From: an uncultured Poribacteria bacterium
GTDB taxonomy: Bacteria > Poribacteria > WGA-4E > WGA-3G
DNA: 64,000 nucleotides
Assembly: GCA_951813565.1 (NCBI GenBank)
Contig: OX638351.1
Span: forward strand, 1,120,001 to 1,184,000
Direction of reading: 5' to 3'
In this document: piece by piece, positions 1 through 10,235 of the stretch
Position numbering within the stretch: position 1 is the stretch's first letter
Layout of the letters: each line of letters opens with the position of its first letter
Notes under the pieces: model-generated
Databases searched by the model: none
Seen by the model: only the letters and a program-made list of their open reading frames with translations
What the model was told of the DNA's origin: nothing
Made by a program: the position numbers and the translations under genes

Positions 1-193
1 CATAGCATCCCAATCCAGACCCCGTGCGGTGCATACCTTTCGTGCCTTTGATTCAGCATATTTCATCCTTTCCTCACGTTCAACCGGAGTCTCCTTATGC
101 AAGCGCGCGAACGACCGATAATTTTTCTTCGGGCGGCATTTGCTGAATTAAATCAATAATCTGTTTAGTTGTTAATTCAATAGTTAAATTCAT
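1..193 (-). pseudogene. Small antitoxin-like gene, frameshifted, runs off the window edge
   Basis: RBS AGGAGG then ATG at 193 gives MNLTIELTTKQIIDLIQQMPPEEKLSVVRALA*; the +1 frame continues KETPVEREERMKYAESKARKVCTARGLDWDAM. Resembles small proteins found upstream of PIN toxins (recollection only). Confidence 0.45.
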
Positions 194-282
194 GCTAATC
201 ACCTCCTAAGCCATGTTTCACAATTATAACAAAAACCCACCTCAATATCAACAGAAATCTAAGAAATGAAGAGAGAAATATC

Positions 283-473
283 TTGGAAGAAAACTCATCA
301 TGAATTTCAATATTGCAGGTAAAATGATGCAACGATCAGCAAATTATATCGTTTTATATTTTGTTGGGAAAACAGATAAAACCCGCATGGATTTTTTCTG
401 CATACACTATTACCTTAGCCCATTTCCATGGGCATGCAATCAATCACAAAGTCATTGATGTTAAGATTGAAAA
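283..473 (+). pseudogene. Decayed tenth VOC-array copy
   Basis: Fragments MNFNIAGK, LYRFIFCW/KTDK and NHKVIDVKIEN in shifting frames match FEIAGK, FYCSIFGWKTDK and NQVTFYVKVDN of the downstream copies, in the same order. Confidence 0.6.
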
Positions 474-488
474 TACGGAGCATATTCA

Positions 489-875
489 ATGGGTAATCCT
501 GTTACATACTTTGAAATAGCAGCTAAAAACGGTAAAGAGTTATGTGGTTTTTACAGTTCCGTATTTGGCTGGAAAATAGAACAATTACCTGGCGGCGATT
601 ACGGCATTTACTCTTACGGTATTGACTCACAGTCAGAAGAGGGAATAGCCGGGCACATTTTTGTGTTGCCTGAGTTTTTTGACTTCACAAACCAAGTCAC
701 TTTTTACGTTAAGGTAGACAATCTACAAACCTATCTTCAGAAGGTGGAAAGTCTTGGTGGTCATACCCTTATACCACCTCAGCAAATTCCTGGTAACAGA
801 GGGTCATTCGCATGGTTCGTTGACCCGAGTGGTAACTGCTTAGGATTGTACAGACAACCAGAATCGAATGAGTGA
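489..875 (+). CDS. VOC/glyoxalase/bleomycin-resistance family protein, copy 1
   Basis: PVTYFEIA, FYSSVFGW, YVKVDNL, GGHTLIPP, DPSGN motifs; GGAG RBS. Confidence 0.92.
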   Translation: MGNPVTYFEIAAKNGKELCGFYSSVFGWKIEQLPGGDYGIYSYGIDSQSEEGIAGHIFVLPEFFDFTNQVTFYVKVDNLQTYLQKVESLGGHTLIPPQQIPGNRGSFAWFVDPSGNCLGLYRQPESNE

Positions 876-941
876 AGCCCTCAATTTTTACGTTCAATTT
901 GTGATTAAAGAATTTAATATGATAGGAGAAACTAAATTTAA

Positions 942-1316
942 ATGGGAAATCCAGTTGTGTATTTTGAAATAGCAGGTAGAAACGGCGAAAAGTTAAACGA
1001 TTTTTATTGTTCCATATTTGGTTGGAAAACGGATAAAAACCCTTATGGTGGGGCATATATGGTTGACTCGCAGCCGGATGATGCGGGCATCCCCGGACAC
1101 ATTTTTCCGGTTACAGAAGATATGGACTTTGATAAGCACGTCACCTTTTATGTTGAGGTGGACGATCTTCAAGCGTATCTTGACAAGGCAGAAAGTCTTG
1201 GAGGAAAGATCCTAATTCCACCACAAGAGATTCCTGGGAACATGGGAGCGTTTGCACTTTTCCTTGACCCAAGCGATAATTGCATTGGATTGTATCGACT
1301 CCCAGATTCAAATTAA
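942..1316 (+). CDS. VOC family protein, copy 2
   Basis: PVVYFEIAG, FYCSIFGW, GHIFP, YVEVDDL, DPSDN; AGGAG RBS. Confidence 0.92.
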   Translation: MGNPVVYFEIAGRNGEKLNDFYCSIFGWKTDKNPYGGAYMVDSQPDDAGIPGHIFPVTEDMDFDKHVTFYVEVDDLQAYLDKAESLGGKILIPPQEIPGNMGAFALFLDPSDNCIGLYRLPDSN

Positions 1317-1370
1317 CCATATCCATGCTTCCTTGAGCGTGAATCGTAAGAAACTTTGAGACTTACAAAA

Positions 1371-1408
1371 AGAGGGTGGCGAACTAAGGTTTACCACTCT
1401 ATTTTTTT
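1371..1408 (+). terminator. Hairpin plus T-tract inside the VOC array
   Basis: AGAGGGTGGCGAAC-taag-GTTTACCACTCT followed by ATTTTTTT. Confidence 0.5.
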
Positions 1409-1445
1409 CGCAATAATACATTCAAATTATAAAGGAGTAACTTCA

Positions 1446-1808
1446 ATGGGAAATCCAGTTGTGCATTTTGAAATAGCAGGCAAAAACACTGAAAATTTAA
1501 GCAATTTTTACGGTTCGTTATTTGGTTGGGATATACAAAAGGACAATGACGGATTTTACAACATAATGCCAGTTCCAGATTTAGAACAGGGTATATGTGG
1601 GCACATATTACCCACTACTGAAGAAATGTCTGTATCTAACTTTGTCTCTGTTTATATTCAGGTAGATGATCTTGAAGCATCACTTGAACAAGTAGAAAAT
1701 CACGGTGGCAAAACCCTTGTCCCGCCGCAAACTATTCCTGGAAGCGGGAGCTCTTTTGCTATGTTCCTTGACCCAAGTGGCAACTGCATCGGTTTGTACA
1801 AAGCATAA
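1446..1808 (+). CDS. VOC family protein, copy 3
   Basis: Start moved to ATG 1446 (AAAGGAG RBS, MGNPVVHFEIAG); DPSGN motif. Confidence 0.92.
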   Translation: MGNPVVHFEIAGKNTENLSNFYGSLFGWDIQKDNDGFYNIMPVPDLEQGICGHILPTTEEMSVSNFVSVYIQVDDLEASLEQVENHGGKTLVPPQTIPGSGSSFAMFLDPSGNCIGLYKA

Positions 1809-1889
1809 AATGTATAAAGTCAAGAAATGATGAACAGCGGCAATCACGCAGTTTTCATCATAAAACGATTTAAATAAGGAGAAATTCTA

Positions 1890-2246
1890 ATGGCAAATCC
1901 TGTCACGATTTTTGAAATAGCAGGTAAAATAGAAGATTCGTTATGCGATTTTTACAGCTCTTTGTTCGGTTGGGACATAAATCAGGACGAAGATTGTGGG
2001 AATACTGTAAAAACAGGATCCGATGAGGGCATTCAAGGACACATTGTCCAGACAACCGAACAGATGCCGATCACAAACCATGTTACTGTTTACATTGAAG
2101 TAGATGACATTGAAGCGTCTGCGAAGAAGGTAGAGAGTAATGGAGGAAAGGTAATTATGGGACCCATGCCTATTCCAGATGGCGAAAGTTTATTCGCAAT
2201 GTTCCTTGACCCAAGTGGTAATTGTCTCGGTCTGTTCCAGTCTTAA
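1890..2246 (+). CDS. VOC family protein, copy 4
   Basis: MANPVTIFEIAG, GIQGHI, YIEVDDI, DPSGN. Confidence 0.92.
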   Translation: MANPVTIFEIAGKIEDSLCDFYSSLFGWDINQDEDCGNTVKTGSDEGIQGHIVQTTEQMPITNHVTVYIEVDDIEASAKKVESNGGKVIMGPMPIPDGESLFAMFLDPSGNCLGLFQS

Positions 2247-2383
2247 GCAGCAATTGGTAGATAGTCGCTTCATTATCCACAAGGTTCGTCTGAAAATGGG
2301 GTGACACCTTTTTAGTGATTGTAAAGCAAAAGTCATTTTACCATTCGTTATGATAAAGAACCAATTTTAGATGGAGAAATATC

Positions 2384-2749
2384 ATGAGTAGTCCCGTCGT
2401 GCATTTCGAAATCGCTGGAAAAGATGTCCAAAAGTTGATTGATTTCTACAGCACCGTGTTTGAGTGGAAAATTTTTCCGTTAAACGATGAGTTATACATT
2501 GCGGACCCAGCGTCATCTCAAGGGATAGAGGGACATCTATTTGAGACAACCGAAGAAATGGGTTTCATAAACCTCGTCATCATCTATGTTCAAGTCTATG
2601 ATATCTGGGGTTGTCTGGAACAGGCGGAGAGTCTTGGTGGAAAAATCCTGATACAACCACAAGAAATTCCGGGGAATGCAAGCCACTACGCGCTGTTCCG
2701 AGATCCAAGTGGAAACTCCATCGGTTTGTTGCAACGAAGATTATCATAG
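2384..2749 (+). CDS. VOC family protein, copy 5
   Basis: PVVHFEIAG, GIEGHL, DPSGN. Confidence 0.92.
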   Translation: MSSPVVHFEIAGKDVQKLIDFYSTVFEWKIFPLNDELYIADPASSQGIEGHLFETTEEMGFINLVIIYVQVYDIWGCLEQAESLGGKILIQPQEIPGNASHYALFRDPSGNSIGLLQRRLS

Positions 2750-2788
2750 TGGAAAATCCATTCCAAACCAGTTTAAGGAGTAATCTTA

Positions 2789-3175
2789 ATGGAAAATCCA
2801 GTGACGAAATTTGAAATTGTCGGTGAGGATAGTAAAACATTAGGTGATTTTTATCGTTCCGTATTTGATTGGGAGTGGACAGAGTACGCTGAGGGATATT
2901 ACGGCTTTGAGACAGGTTCTGAATCTGATAACGGGATTGAAGGGCATATATATCCGCCAAACGATGAAATACCTTTAGTAGACAATGTTCCTTTTGCAAA
3001 CACTGTTACCATTTATGTAACAGTGGAAGATATTCATGCTACGGTTGAGAAACTTGAGAGTCTTGACGGGACGATTCTTATGCCGCCTACAGTTGTATCC
3101 GATAAAGGTGAGTTATTAGCGATGTTTCTTGACCCAATCGGTAACCGAATTGGTTTATATCAACTAAAGGAGTAA
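2789..3175 (+). CDS. VOC family protein, copy 6
   Basis: PVTKFEIVG, GIEGHI, DPIGN. Confidence 0.92.
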   Translation: MENPVTKFEIVGEDSKTLGDFYRSVFDWEWTEYAEGYYGFETGSESDNGIEGHIYPPNDEIPLVDNVPFANTVTIYVTVEDIHATVEKLESLDGTILMPPTVVSDKGELLAMFLDPIGNRIGLYQLKE

Positions 3176-3180
3176 TATCA

Positions 3181-3570
3181 ATGGGTAATCCTGTGATGTT
3201 TTTTGAAATAGCAAGCAAACAAGGTGAATTGTTGCGTGATTTTTATTGCGACCTGTTTGATTGGACTATTCTACCATTTGGTTGGAGTATACCACACTTT
3301 CCAAATGATATTTTTGCTATTGATCCGACGCCGCCTCCATTACCGGACAAAGGTATAAAAGGACATATATATCCACTATCCGATGAAATAGATTTTTCTA
3401 ATCGTGTTTCAATTTTTATACAAGTTGACGATCTGCAAGAAACACTCGAAAAGATTGAGAGTCAGGGTGGAAAAACGCTCGTGCCGCCGCAGATGCTTCC
3501 TGATAGCATGGGATCAATCGCTATGTTCCTGGATCCAAGCGGAAATGTTGTTGGTTTACATCAAATATAG
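3181..3570 (+). CDS. VOC family protein, copy 7
   Basis: PVMFFEIA, GIKGHI, DPSGN. Confidence 0.92.
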   Translation: MGNPVMFFEIASKQGELLRDFYCDLFDWTILPFGWSIPHFPNDIFAIDPTPPPLPDKGIKGHIYPLSDEIDFSNRVSIFIQVDDLQETLEKIESQGGKTLVPPQMLPDSMGSIAMFLDPSGNVVGLHQI

Positions 3571-3695
3571 GTGTTATTGTATCACGAAACTTGAATTAAC
3601 TTTTTAACCCTAAACAATGCAATGATATAAAACATATCAGAAGCGAATCAAATATTTTGAATCAATTTCATTTTTAATTTAAAGGAGTAATACCA

Positions 3696-4052
3696 ATGGG
3701 CAATCCAGTCATGTGGTTTGAAATAGCAGGCAAAAACGGTGCGGAATTATCTGAGTTCTACCGTTCACTTTTTGGGTGGGAAATTTCACCGGAGACCAAC
3801 GGTGTTCATCTGTGTGATCCATCTCCGGATCAGGGGATAAAAGGGCATATTTTTCAAACAACCGATGAGATGCCATATACAAACCACGTAACCGTTTATA
3901 TTTCTGTGGACGATCTTGAGGCAGCAGTTGCGAAGGTAGAGAGTAATGGCGGGAAGATTTTAATACCACCACAAGAAATTCCAGATTTCGGGGGTTCTTT
4001 TGCGATGTTTCTCGATCCAAGCGGCAATGTTATCGGTTTACACAAACAATAG
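3696..4052 (+). CDS. VOC family protein, copy 8
   Basis: PVMWFEIAG, GIKGHI, DPSGN. Confidence 0.92.
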   Translation: MGNPVMWFEIAGKNGAELSEFYRSLFGWEISPETNGVHLCDPSPDQGIKGHIFQTTDEMPYTNHVTVYISVDDLEAAVAKVESNGGKILIPPQEIPDFGGSFAMFLDPSGNVIGLHKQ

Positions 4053-4094
4053 AAAATATAAATAGTGTAAATTCCGAACTTTTAGAATAATAAG

Positions 4095-4135
4095 AACAGA
4101 GTGGTGAAAAGATTTCGCTACTCTGTTTTATTTTT
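4095..4135 (+). terminator. Intrinsic terminator-like hairpin directly before the RBS of copy 9
   Basis: AACAGAGTGGTGAAA-aga-TTTCGCTACTCTGTT followed by TTATTTTT. Confidence 0.6.
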
Positions 4136-4149
4136 AGGAGTAGATTTCA

Positions 4150-4527
4150 ATGGGTAATCCAGTTACGCATTTTGAAATAGCCGGCAAAGACAGTGAGGCG
4201 TTAGCTGAGTTTTATCGTTCCCTTTTTGATTGGGAGATTCATCGATTTGATTGGGAGATGATCCCGTTTTCCACCGGCATTTATGGAGTGATTGCGTCAC
4301 CGGCTCAAGGGTTAAAAGGACACATTTTCCCAACGACTGACGATATGGATTTCTCAAATCATGTCACGATTTATATCCTCGTCGATGATCTTCATGCGAC
4401 ACTTGAGAAAATAGAAAATCATGGCGGCAAGATTGTTATCCCGCCTCAGGAAATTCCTGATAACAGAGGAATACTTGCTATGTTTCAGGATCCGGGCGGA
4501 AACGTTATCGGAATTCATGAAGCATAA
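4150..4527 (+). CDS. VOC family protein, copy 9
   Basis: PVTHFEIAG, GLKGHI, DPGGN. Confidence 0.92.
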   Translation: MGNPVTHFEIAGKDSEALAEFYRSLFDWEIHRFDWEMIPFSTGIYGVIASPAQGLKGHIFPTTDDMDFSNHVTIYILVDDLHATLEKIENHGGKIVIPPQEIPDNRGILAMFQDPGGNVIGIHEA

Positions 4528-4573
4528 TTATGATTAAGTGACACATTTTGTTATACAAATTTCTTGAGACTAT

Positions 4574-7500
4574 TTATGTAAGCACTGGTTTTAGCCATCG
4601 TCTTGTCGTTTCAATGTCCATTCCAGTGCGTTTAGCGTAATCCGCAACCTGATCCTCTCCTATTCTGGCAATGCTAAAATACCGCGCATCCGGGTGTGAA
4701 AAATACCACCCGCTAACAGATGCTGCAGGAAACATCGCGAGATTCTCTGTAAGAGAAATACCTGTATTTTCAGTTGCATTCAGTAGATCAAACAAAACCC
4801 GTTTCTGGTTATGATCGGGACACGCAGGGTAACCCGGGGCAGGACGAATCCCCCGATATTTTTCTGCTATCAAAGCATTGTTATCCAATGACTCATCAGT
4901 TGCGTAACTCCAAAGGACTGTGCGGACGTGCTGATGCATACACTCAGCAAAAGCTTCGGCTAACCGATCTGCTAATGCTTTTGCCATAATGCTGTTGTAG
5001 TCATCTTGATTTTGCTCAAACTCAGCACAGAGTTCAGGAACACCGATTCCAGTTGTTACAGCAAACGCGCCAATATAGTCCGGAAGAGATGTCACTTTCG
5101 GAGCAATGAAATCGCTAAGGCTTAGGTTCGGTCTGGAGAAAGGTTGCTCGGTCTGTTGACGCAAATGATGTAGCGTGCCAATAATCTCAGTTCTATCTTC
5201 GTCAGCATATATCTGCGTGTCATCACCAACACCGTTCGCAGGAAAGATTCCCACAACAGCAGATGCACAAAGTTTTTTCGCTTCAACGATTTGATTTAGA
5301 AGCGTTTTGCCATCTTCAAGAAGTTTCCGCGCTTCTGCTCCCATATCTGGTTTTTCCAGAATATTTGGATATTTTCCTGTGAGTCCCCATGTTGTAAAGA
5401 AAGGAGTCCAATCAATATAGTCAACAAGTTGTGCTAATGGATAATTGTCAAAGACCTTAATACTTGTCATCTGTGGTTTGGGAGGGAGATAATTTTTCCA
5501 GTCAGGAATAAATTTGCGTTGTTGTGCGGTAGCAAATGGCAAAAGCCTTGTCTGTTTCCTGTTTTTTGCGCGACGTTCCCGAATATCAGCATATTCTTCT
5601 CGTGTCTGATCAACCAACTTTTGTTGGTTTTCACTGCTCATCAAATTACTGACAACACTAACACTTCGAGAAGCATCCTTGACGTGAATCGTGGCACCGC
5701 TGTACGCAGGTTCAATTTGGACAGCGGTATGAATCTTTGAAGTAGTGGCACCGCCAATAAGTAGTGGGATACGGAAACCTTCACGTTCCATCTCCTCAGC
5801 GACATGAACCATTTCGTCTAACGATGGCGTAATGAGTCCGCTCAATCCAATTATATCAGCGTTCTCTTTCCGTGTTGTTTCCAAAATATCTTCCGCTGCC
5901 ACCATCACACCGAGGTCAACGATATCATAATTATTACATCCTAACACCACGCCCACGATGTTTTTGCCGATGTCATGAACATCACCTTTCACCGTAGCCA
6001 TTACAATCTTTCCTCTGGATTGAATACCGCCTTCAGTTTGTTCCATTTCAATATACGGAATGAGATGTGCAACAGCTTTTTTCATCACGCGTGCACTTTT
6101 GACGACTTGCGGTAGAAACATCTTGCCATCACCAAAAAGTTCACCTACGCGATCCATACCATCCATCAACGGACCCTCAATCACTTGTATAGGACGTTCA
6201 TGCTTTAAGCGCGCTTCTTCTGTATCTGCTTCAACGAATTCGATAATACCTTCAACGAGGGCATGACTTAGCCGTTGCTCAACGGATAATTTTCGCCATT
6301 CCTTGTTAACGCGCTTCTTTTTTCCTTTGGCTTGCAGCGTACTTGCGAGATTAACGAGTCTATCCGTAGCATCTTCTCGGCGATTAAACAGAACATCTTC
6401 TACTGCTTCTAACAATGGTTTAGGTAGATCGTCATAGACAGCAAGTTGACCTGCGTTTACAATACCCATGTCCATGCCTGCATTGATTGCATGGTAGAGA
6501 AACGCCGCGTGCATCGCTTCACGCACTGTGTCGTTGCCACGGAAGGCGAATGAGATATTGCTTACACCACCACTCACTAATGCGGATGGACAAGTCTCTT
6601 TTATCTTTTGGCACGCCTTTATAAATGCTTGCGCGTATTCATTGTGTTCTTCAATTCCTGTTGCAACAGCAAAAATGTTTGGATCAAAAATAATATCTTC
6701 TGGTGGAAAGTTTACCTTTTCTGTCAATAATTTATACGCCCTTTGACATATCTCCACTTTACGTTCAAAAGTGTCTGCTTGACCTTTTTCGTCAAAAGCC
6801 ATCACGATAACCGCCGCACCGTATTTTCTGATAAGCCGTGCCTTATCTAAAAAATCGTTCTCACCCTCTTTTAAACTAATTGAATTGACGACACCTTTCC
6901 CTTGAATGCATGCTAAACCTACCTCGATTACTTCCCATTTGCTGGAATCAAGCATAATAGGCACGCGACTAATATCTGGTTCTGCTGCGATTAGGTTTAA
7001 GAATTTGGCAATTGCGGTTTGTGCATCTAACATGCCAGCGTCCATATTGATGTCAATAAGTTGGGCGCCATTTTCTACCTGATCCCGCGCAACCTCTAAT
7101 GCAGTCTCATAATCTTCTTTTTTGATAAGCGTTGCGAAGCGCCGTGATCCTGTTACATTTGTCCGTTCACCTACGTTAACAAAGAGAGAGTCGGGTGTGA
7201 TGTTGAATGCTTCTAAGCCGCTCAATCGGCAAGCGCTTTCTTGAGGTTTGGGTTGTCTGGGAGGATATTCTGCGGCGACTTTGGTAATGGTTTCAATATG
7301 TTCAGGTTGGCTGCCACAGCATCCGCCGACGATATTGACGAATCCGTTTTGTGCGAATTCATGCATCCAATTTCCCATTTCCTCTGGTGTTTGTGTATAG
7401 TGCCCAAGTTCGTTTGGGAGTCCAGCGTTCGGATAACAGATAACAGGAATATCCGCGAGTTTTGCCATTTCTGCTAAATATGGGCGAATCTGTTGTGCGC

Positions 7501-8248
7501 CAAAACCACAGTTTAAACCTACAGCGAGTAGGTTTGCATGACGAACGGAGTTCCAGAAAGCTTCAACTGTTTGCCCAGACAGGTTGCGTCCACCGCCGCC
7601 ACTTCTGTCAGAGGAAACGATGAGAGGGATGTCAATACCTCGTGTTTCAGCAAGGGTTTGTATTGCAAAGAGCGCTGCTTTACAGTTCAGTGTGTCCATG
7701 ACAGTTTCAACGAGTAAGAGATCCGCACCGCCATCAATTAATCCCTCTGCTTGCGTGGTATAGGCAGATACAAGTTGTGCGAAAGTAATATTTCGGTATC
7801 CGGGGTCGTTCACGTTCGGAGAGATGGAGCAGCTGCGATTTGTAGGTCCCATACTTCCCGCGACAAAGCGAGGTTTGTCTGGCGATGACCATTTGTCTAC
7901 CACTTCACGAGCGATTTGGGCTGCGGCGTAGTTTACCTGATACGCTTGATCCTGAAGTTGATAGTCTGCCATTGAAACGGATGTGCTGGTAAAGGTATTT
8001 GTCTCGATGATGTCCGCGCCTGCTTGGCAGTAATTTGTGTGGATTTCACGCACAATATCGGGTTGGGTGATAGAGAGCAGGTCATTATATCCTTTGAGTT
8101 CGGAGGGGTGATTTGCAAACTGGTCGCCTCGGAAATCTTCTTCCGTGAGTCGATAGGTCTGCAAAAGTGAACCCATTGCACCGTCAAGGGCCAATATCCG
8201 TTTCTTTAGTTCATTTTTTAGATGTATTATCCGTTCAGAATCTGCCAT
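4574..8248 (-). CDS. metH: Cobalamin-dependent methionine synthase
   Basis: 1224 aa; LDGAMG, GGCCG Zn site, [20 protein letters not shown]12 motif, [12 protein letters not shown] activation domain. Confidence 0.98.
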   Translation of the reverse strand: MADSERIIHLKNELKKRILALDGAMGSLLQTYRLTEEDFRGDQFANHPSELKGYNDLLSITQPDIVREIHTNYCQAGADIIETNTFTSTSVSMADYQLQDQAYQVNYAAAQIAREVVDKWSSPDKPRFVAGSMGPTNRSCSISPNVNDPGYRNITFAQLVSAYTTQAEGLIDGGADLLLVETVMDTLNCKAALFAIQTLAETRGIDIPLIVSSDRSGGGGRNLSGQTVEAFWNSVRHANLLAVGLNCGFGAQQIRPYLAEMAKLADIPVICYPNAGLPNELGHYTQTPEEMGNWMHEFAQNGFVNIVGGCCGSQPEHIETITKVAAEYPPRQPKPQESACRLSGLEAFNITPDSLFVNVGERTNVTGSRRFATLIKKEDYETALEVARDQVENGAQLIDINMDAGMLDAQTAIAKFLNLIAAEPDISRVPIMLDSSKWEVIEVGLACIQGKGVVNSISLKEGENDFLDKARLIRKYGAAVIVMAFDEKGQADTFERKVEICQRAYKLLTEKVNFPPEDIIFDPNIFAVATGIEEHNEYAQAFIKACQKIKETCPSALVSGGVSNISFAFRGNDTVREAMHAAFLYHAINAGMDMGIVNAGQLAVYDDLPKPLLEAVEDVLFNRREDATDRLVNLASTLQAKGKKKRVNKEWRKLSVEQRLSHALVEGIIEFVEADTEEARLKHERPIQVIEGPLMDGMDRVGELFGDGKMFLPQVVKSARVMKKAVAHLIPYIEMEQTEGGIQSRGKIVMATVKGDVHDIGKNIVGVVLGCNNYDIVDLGVMVAAEDILETTRKENADIIGLSGLITPSLDEMVHVAEEMEREGFRIPLLIGGATTSKIHTAVQIEPAYSGATIHVKDASRSVSVVSNLMSSENQQKLVDQTREEYADIRERRAKNRKQTRLLPFATAQQRKFIPDWKNYLPPKPQMTSIKVFDNYPLAQLVDYIDWTPFFTTWGLTGKYPNILEKPDMGAEARKLLEDGKTLLNQIVEAKKLCASAVVGIFPANGVGDDTQIYADEDRTEIIGTLHHLRQQTEQPFSRPNLSLSDFIAPKVTSLPDYIGAFAVTTGIGVPELCAEFEQNQDDYNSIMAKALADRLAEAFAECMHQHVRTVLWSYATDESLDNNALIAEKYRGIRPAPGYPACPDHNQKRVLFDLLNATENTGISLTENLAMFPAASVSGWYFSHPDARYFSIARIGEDQVADYAKRTGMDIETTRRWLKPVLT

Positions 8249-8336
8249 ATTTTTCCTTGTTTGTTAGGTAATTATGCCATATATATTATACCATGTGCAG
8301 AGCATTATGTCCATTTCATTTCAAATTTAATCAACG

Positions 8337-8834
8337 ATGGAAACGTTGAAAACACGCATTAAGGAGACAGATCTTTTGCAGAACACAAAAGAAGATTTTA
8401 CGCAGAATCAAGATACGGCGAAGATGCTTGAAGCCCACAAATATGCGATTCATTTTGATATTTTGCCCGAAATTTCCTATCTTAATCAGGAGTTACCTAT
8501 TATAATTGCAGACCTATTACAACTTTTTCACCAATTTCCCAAAGATGTATGGATTTCGCAGCAATCGGTTGACGAAGGGCTTGATTTTTGTAGAGTGGTG
8601 TTTTGGGTATTTTCGGAGTCGTCCGATGCGCTCAAGACATTTAGCATCTGGTTTCAGGCACTATTTCGTGAATCACAAGTTGCAAACGTTTTAGAATGTC
8701 TCGTCGCTTGTGCCTTAGATGAACCAGATGCTGCATCGGTAGAACTGACTGATTGGACGCGTTTACATGCTTTAGAAGCAGATGTTGAGAAAGTAATCCA
8801 GACTGAAAAAGAAAAAAATAAGATTGACATGTAA
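8337..8834 (+). CDS. Hypothetical protein
   Basis: 165-aa ORF divergent from metH; no motif recognised. Confidence 0.6.
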   Translation: METLKTRIKETDLLQNTKEDFTQNQDTAKMLEAHKYAIHFDILPEISYLNQELPIIIADLLQLFHQFPKDVWISQQSVDEGLDFCRVVFWVFSESSDALKTFSIWFQALFRESQVANVLECLVACALDEPDAASVELTDWTRLHALEADVEKVIQTEKEKNKIDM

Positions 8835-8852
8835 AATAGGCTATGCTATACT
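8824..8852 (+). promoter_or_regulatory. sigma70 promoter for lolA-pgsA-thpR-recA
   Basis: TTGACA-17 bp-TATACT with extended -10 TG. Confidence 0.7.
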
Positions 8853-8901
8853 ACTTAATCAAAATAAATTTCCCTCATTTCCGGAAAATAGGAGAATCGT
8901 C

Positions 8902-9606
8902 GTGAACCGCCTATATTGGAGTTTTGTTCTGCTATGCTTTTCACTCTGTTTTATCAACAGTGGGTATACTTATACATCTGATGAAGTTTACAAGAATTTT
9001 AAAGAGGCTTATGAAAAATCGAAAAACTTTAGTGCAGAATTTGAGGAGACCACACTATTTGGAACGAAAAAAAGGGTTACTCACGGGCGATTTACTTTTG
9101 GCAAACCAAACCTACTCCGCAAGGAATATGTTTCACGAAAAGATCCGAACCAAGTTACAAAAACCATCCTTTTAGATGGTACGTTCGTATGGTCCTATGC
9201 CCGATTGCTCAATCAAGTCAATAAGAAAAAGTTGAGTAATGACCAGCAGCGTGAACTCTTACCCGGAATGGGACCTTCTCTTGAAGGATTATCAGAAAAT
9301 TGGAATATAAATTTAGTTCCTGATGAAGCAGCGAACGCAAAGGGTGTACATCAAATTCAGTTAACCCGAAAAGACCGTTCGGTGAATAGAACTGAAGGCA
9401 ATGAAAAAGAGATACTCGAAATTTGGGTCAAAGAAGGTGAGTGGCTTCCCGTTCAATTTGGTCATGTGATTGAGTATGAAGATGGAAGTCGTCGAAACGT
9501 AATCGTGAAGTTATCTAAGATACAACGAGACAAAGAGTTACCCCCAAACGTGTTCAAGTTTGTTATTCCCAAAGATGCTGAGGTGATTGATTTTACTGAG
9601 AATTAG
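8902..9606 (+). CDS. lolA: Outer-membrane lipoprotein carrier LolA-like protein
   Basis: GTG start after AGGAG; signal peptide; FSAEFEE, GRFTFGKPNLLR, DGTFVWSY, FKFVIPKDAEVID C-terminus. Confidence 0.75.
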   Translation: MNRLYWSFVLLCFSLCFINSGYTYTSDEVYKNFKEAYEKSKNFSAEFEETTLFGTKKRVTHGRFTFGKPNLLRKEYVSRKDPNQVTKTILLDGTFVWSYARLLNQVNKKKLSNDQQRELLPGMGPSLEGLSENWNINLVPDEAANAKGVHQIQLTRKDRSVNRTEGNEKEILEIWVKEGEWLPVQFGHVIEYEDGSRRNVIVKLSKIQRDKELPPNVFKFVIPKDAEVIDFTEN

Positions 9607-9612
9607 GAATTT

Positions 9613-10200
9613 ATGAATTTTCGTCTCTATTTACGGTTGGCAAATCTCCTTACGTTTTCACGGTTGTTGCTGACACTGCCTTTCTTTCTCTTTTTTCGTG
9701 CAAAATTGATGGTACCTGCAGCAATCATTTTCGGATTGGCAGCTTTGACAGATTATTTTGATGGCAGAATTGCCCGAAAGCAAGGTATTACCAGTTTCGG
9801 TAGTTTCATGGATTCGATCGTTGACAAAATTTTGGTAGGTACTGCACTAATAAGTTTCTATCTTTTTCAGCATGAACACTTAGACAATGGGATAGGATTA
9901 ATTCCAATATGGATGGTGTTAGTTATCATAGGACGTGAAATTATTGTCACAGCGCTGCGAATCCTGTGTGTGGCGAAAAATGGTGAGGTAATATCTGCAA
10001 ATCGCTGGGGCAAATACAAGACTACTGTCCAAGTCATCGTGATATTCATAAGTTTGGTTTTACTCATCTTTTTTAAAGATTCTCAATATGTTATTCAACT
10101 CCACGGACCGATTTATTTTATGATGTACCTCCCCTTGGTGTTGACTGTTGCCTCAGGTATAGAATTTCTTTATGGCAACCGGAAAGCGTTTACTGTTTAG
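9613..10200 (+). CDS. pgsA: CDP-diacylglycerol-glycerol-3-phosphate 3-phosphatidyltransferase
   Basis: ANLLTFSR, DYFDGRIAR...GSFMDSIVDK, GREI, WGKYKT. Confidence 0.92.
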   Translation: MNFRLYLRLANLLTFSRLLLTLPFFLFFRAKLMVPAAIIFGLAALTDYFDGRIARKQGITSFGSFMDSIVDKILVGTALISFYLFQHEHLDNGIGLIPIWMVLVIIGREIIVTALRILCVAKNGEVISANRWGKYKTTVQVIVIFISLVLLIFFKDSQYVIQLHGPIYFMMYLPLVLTVASGIEFLYGNRKAFTV

Positions 10201-10235
10201 AGCATGCGTGAAATTTGTGGTTTTGGGGAATAATA

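Noticed and set aside
489..4527. Integron cassette array or diversity-generating retroelement as the source of the VOC array
   Set aside because: No attC-like repeated spacers, integrase, reverse transcriptase or template/variable repeat pair was seen.
8249..8336. Cobalamin or SAM riboswitch upstream of metH
   Set aside because: Only 88 AT-rich bp, with no recognisable aptamer motif.
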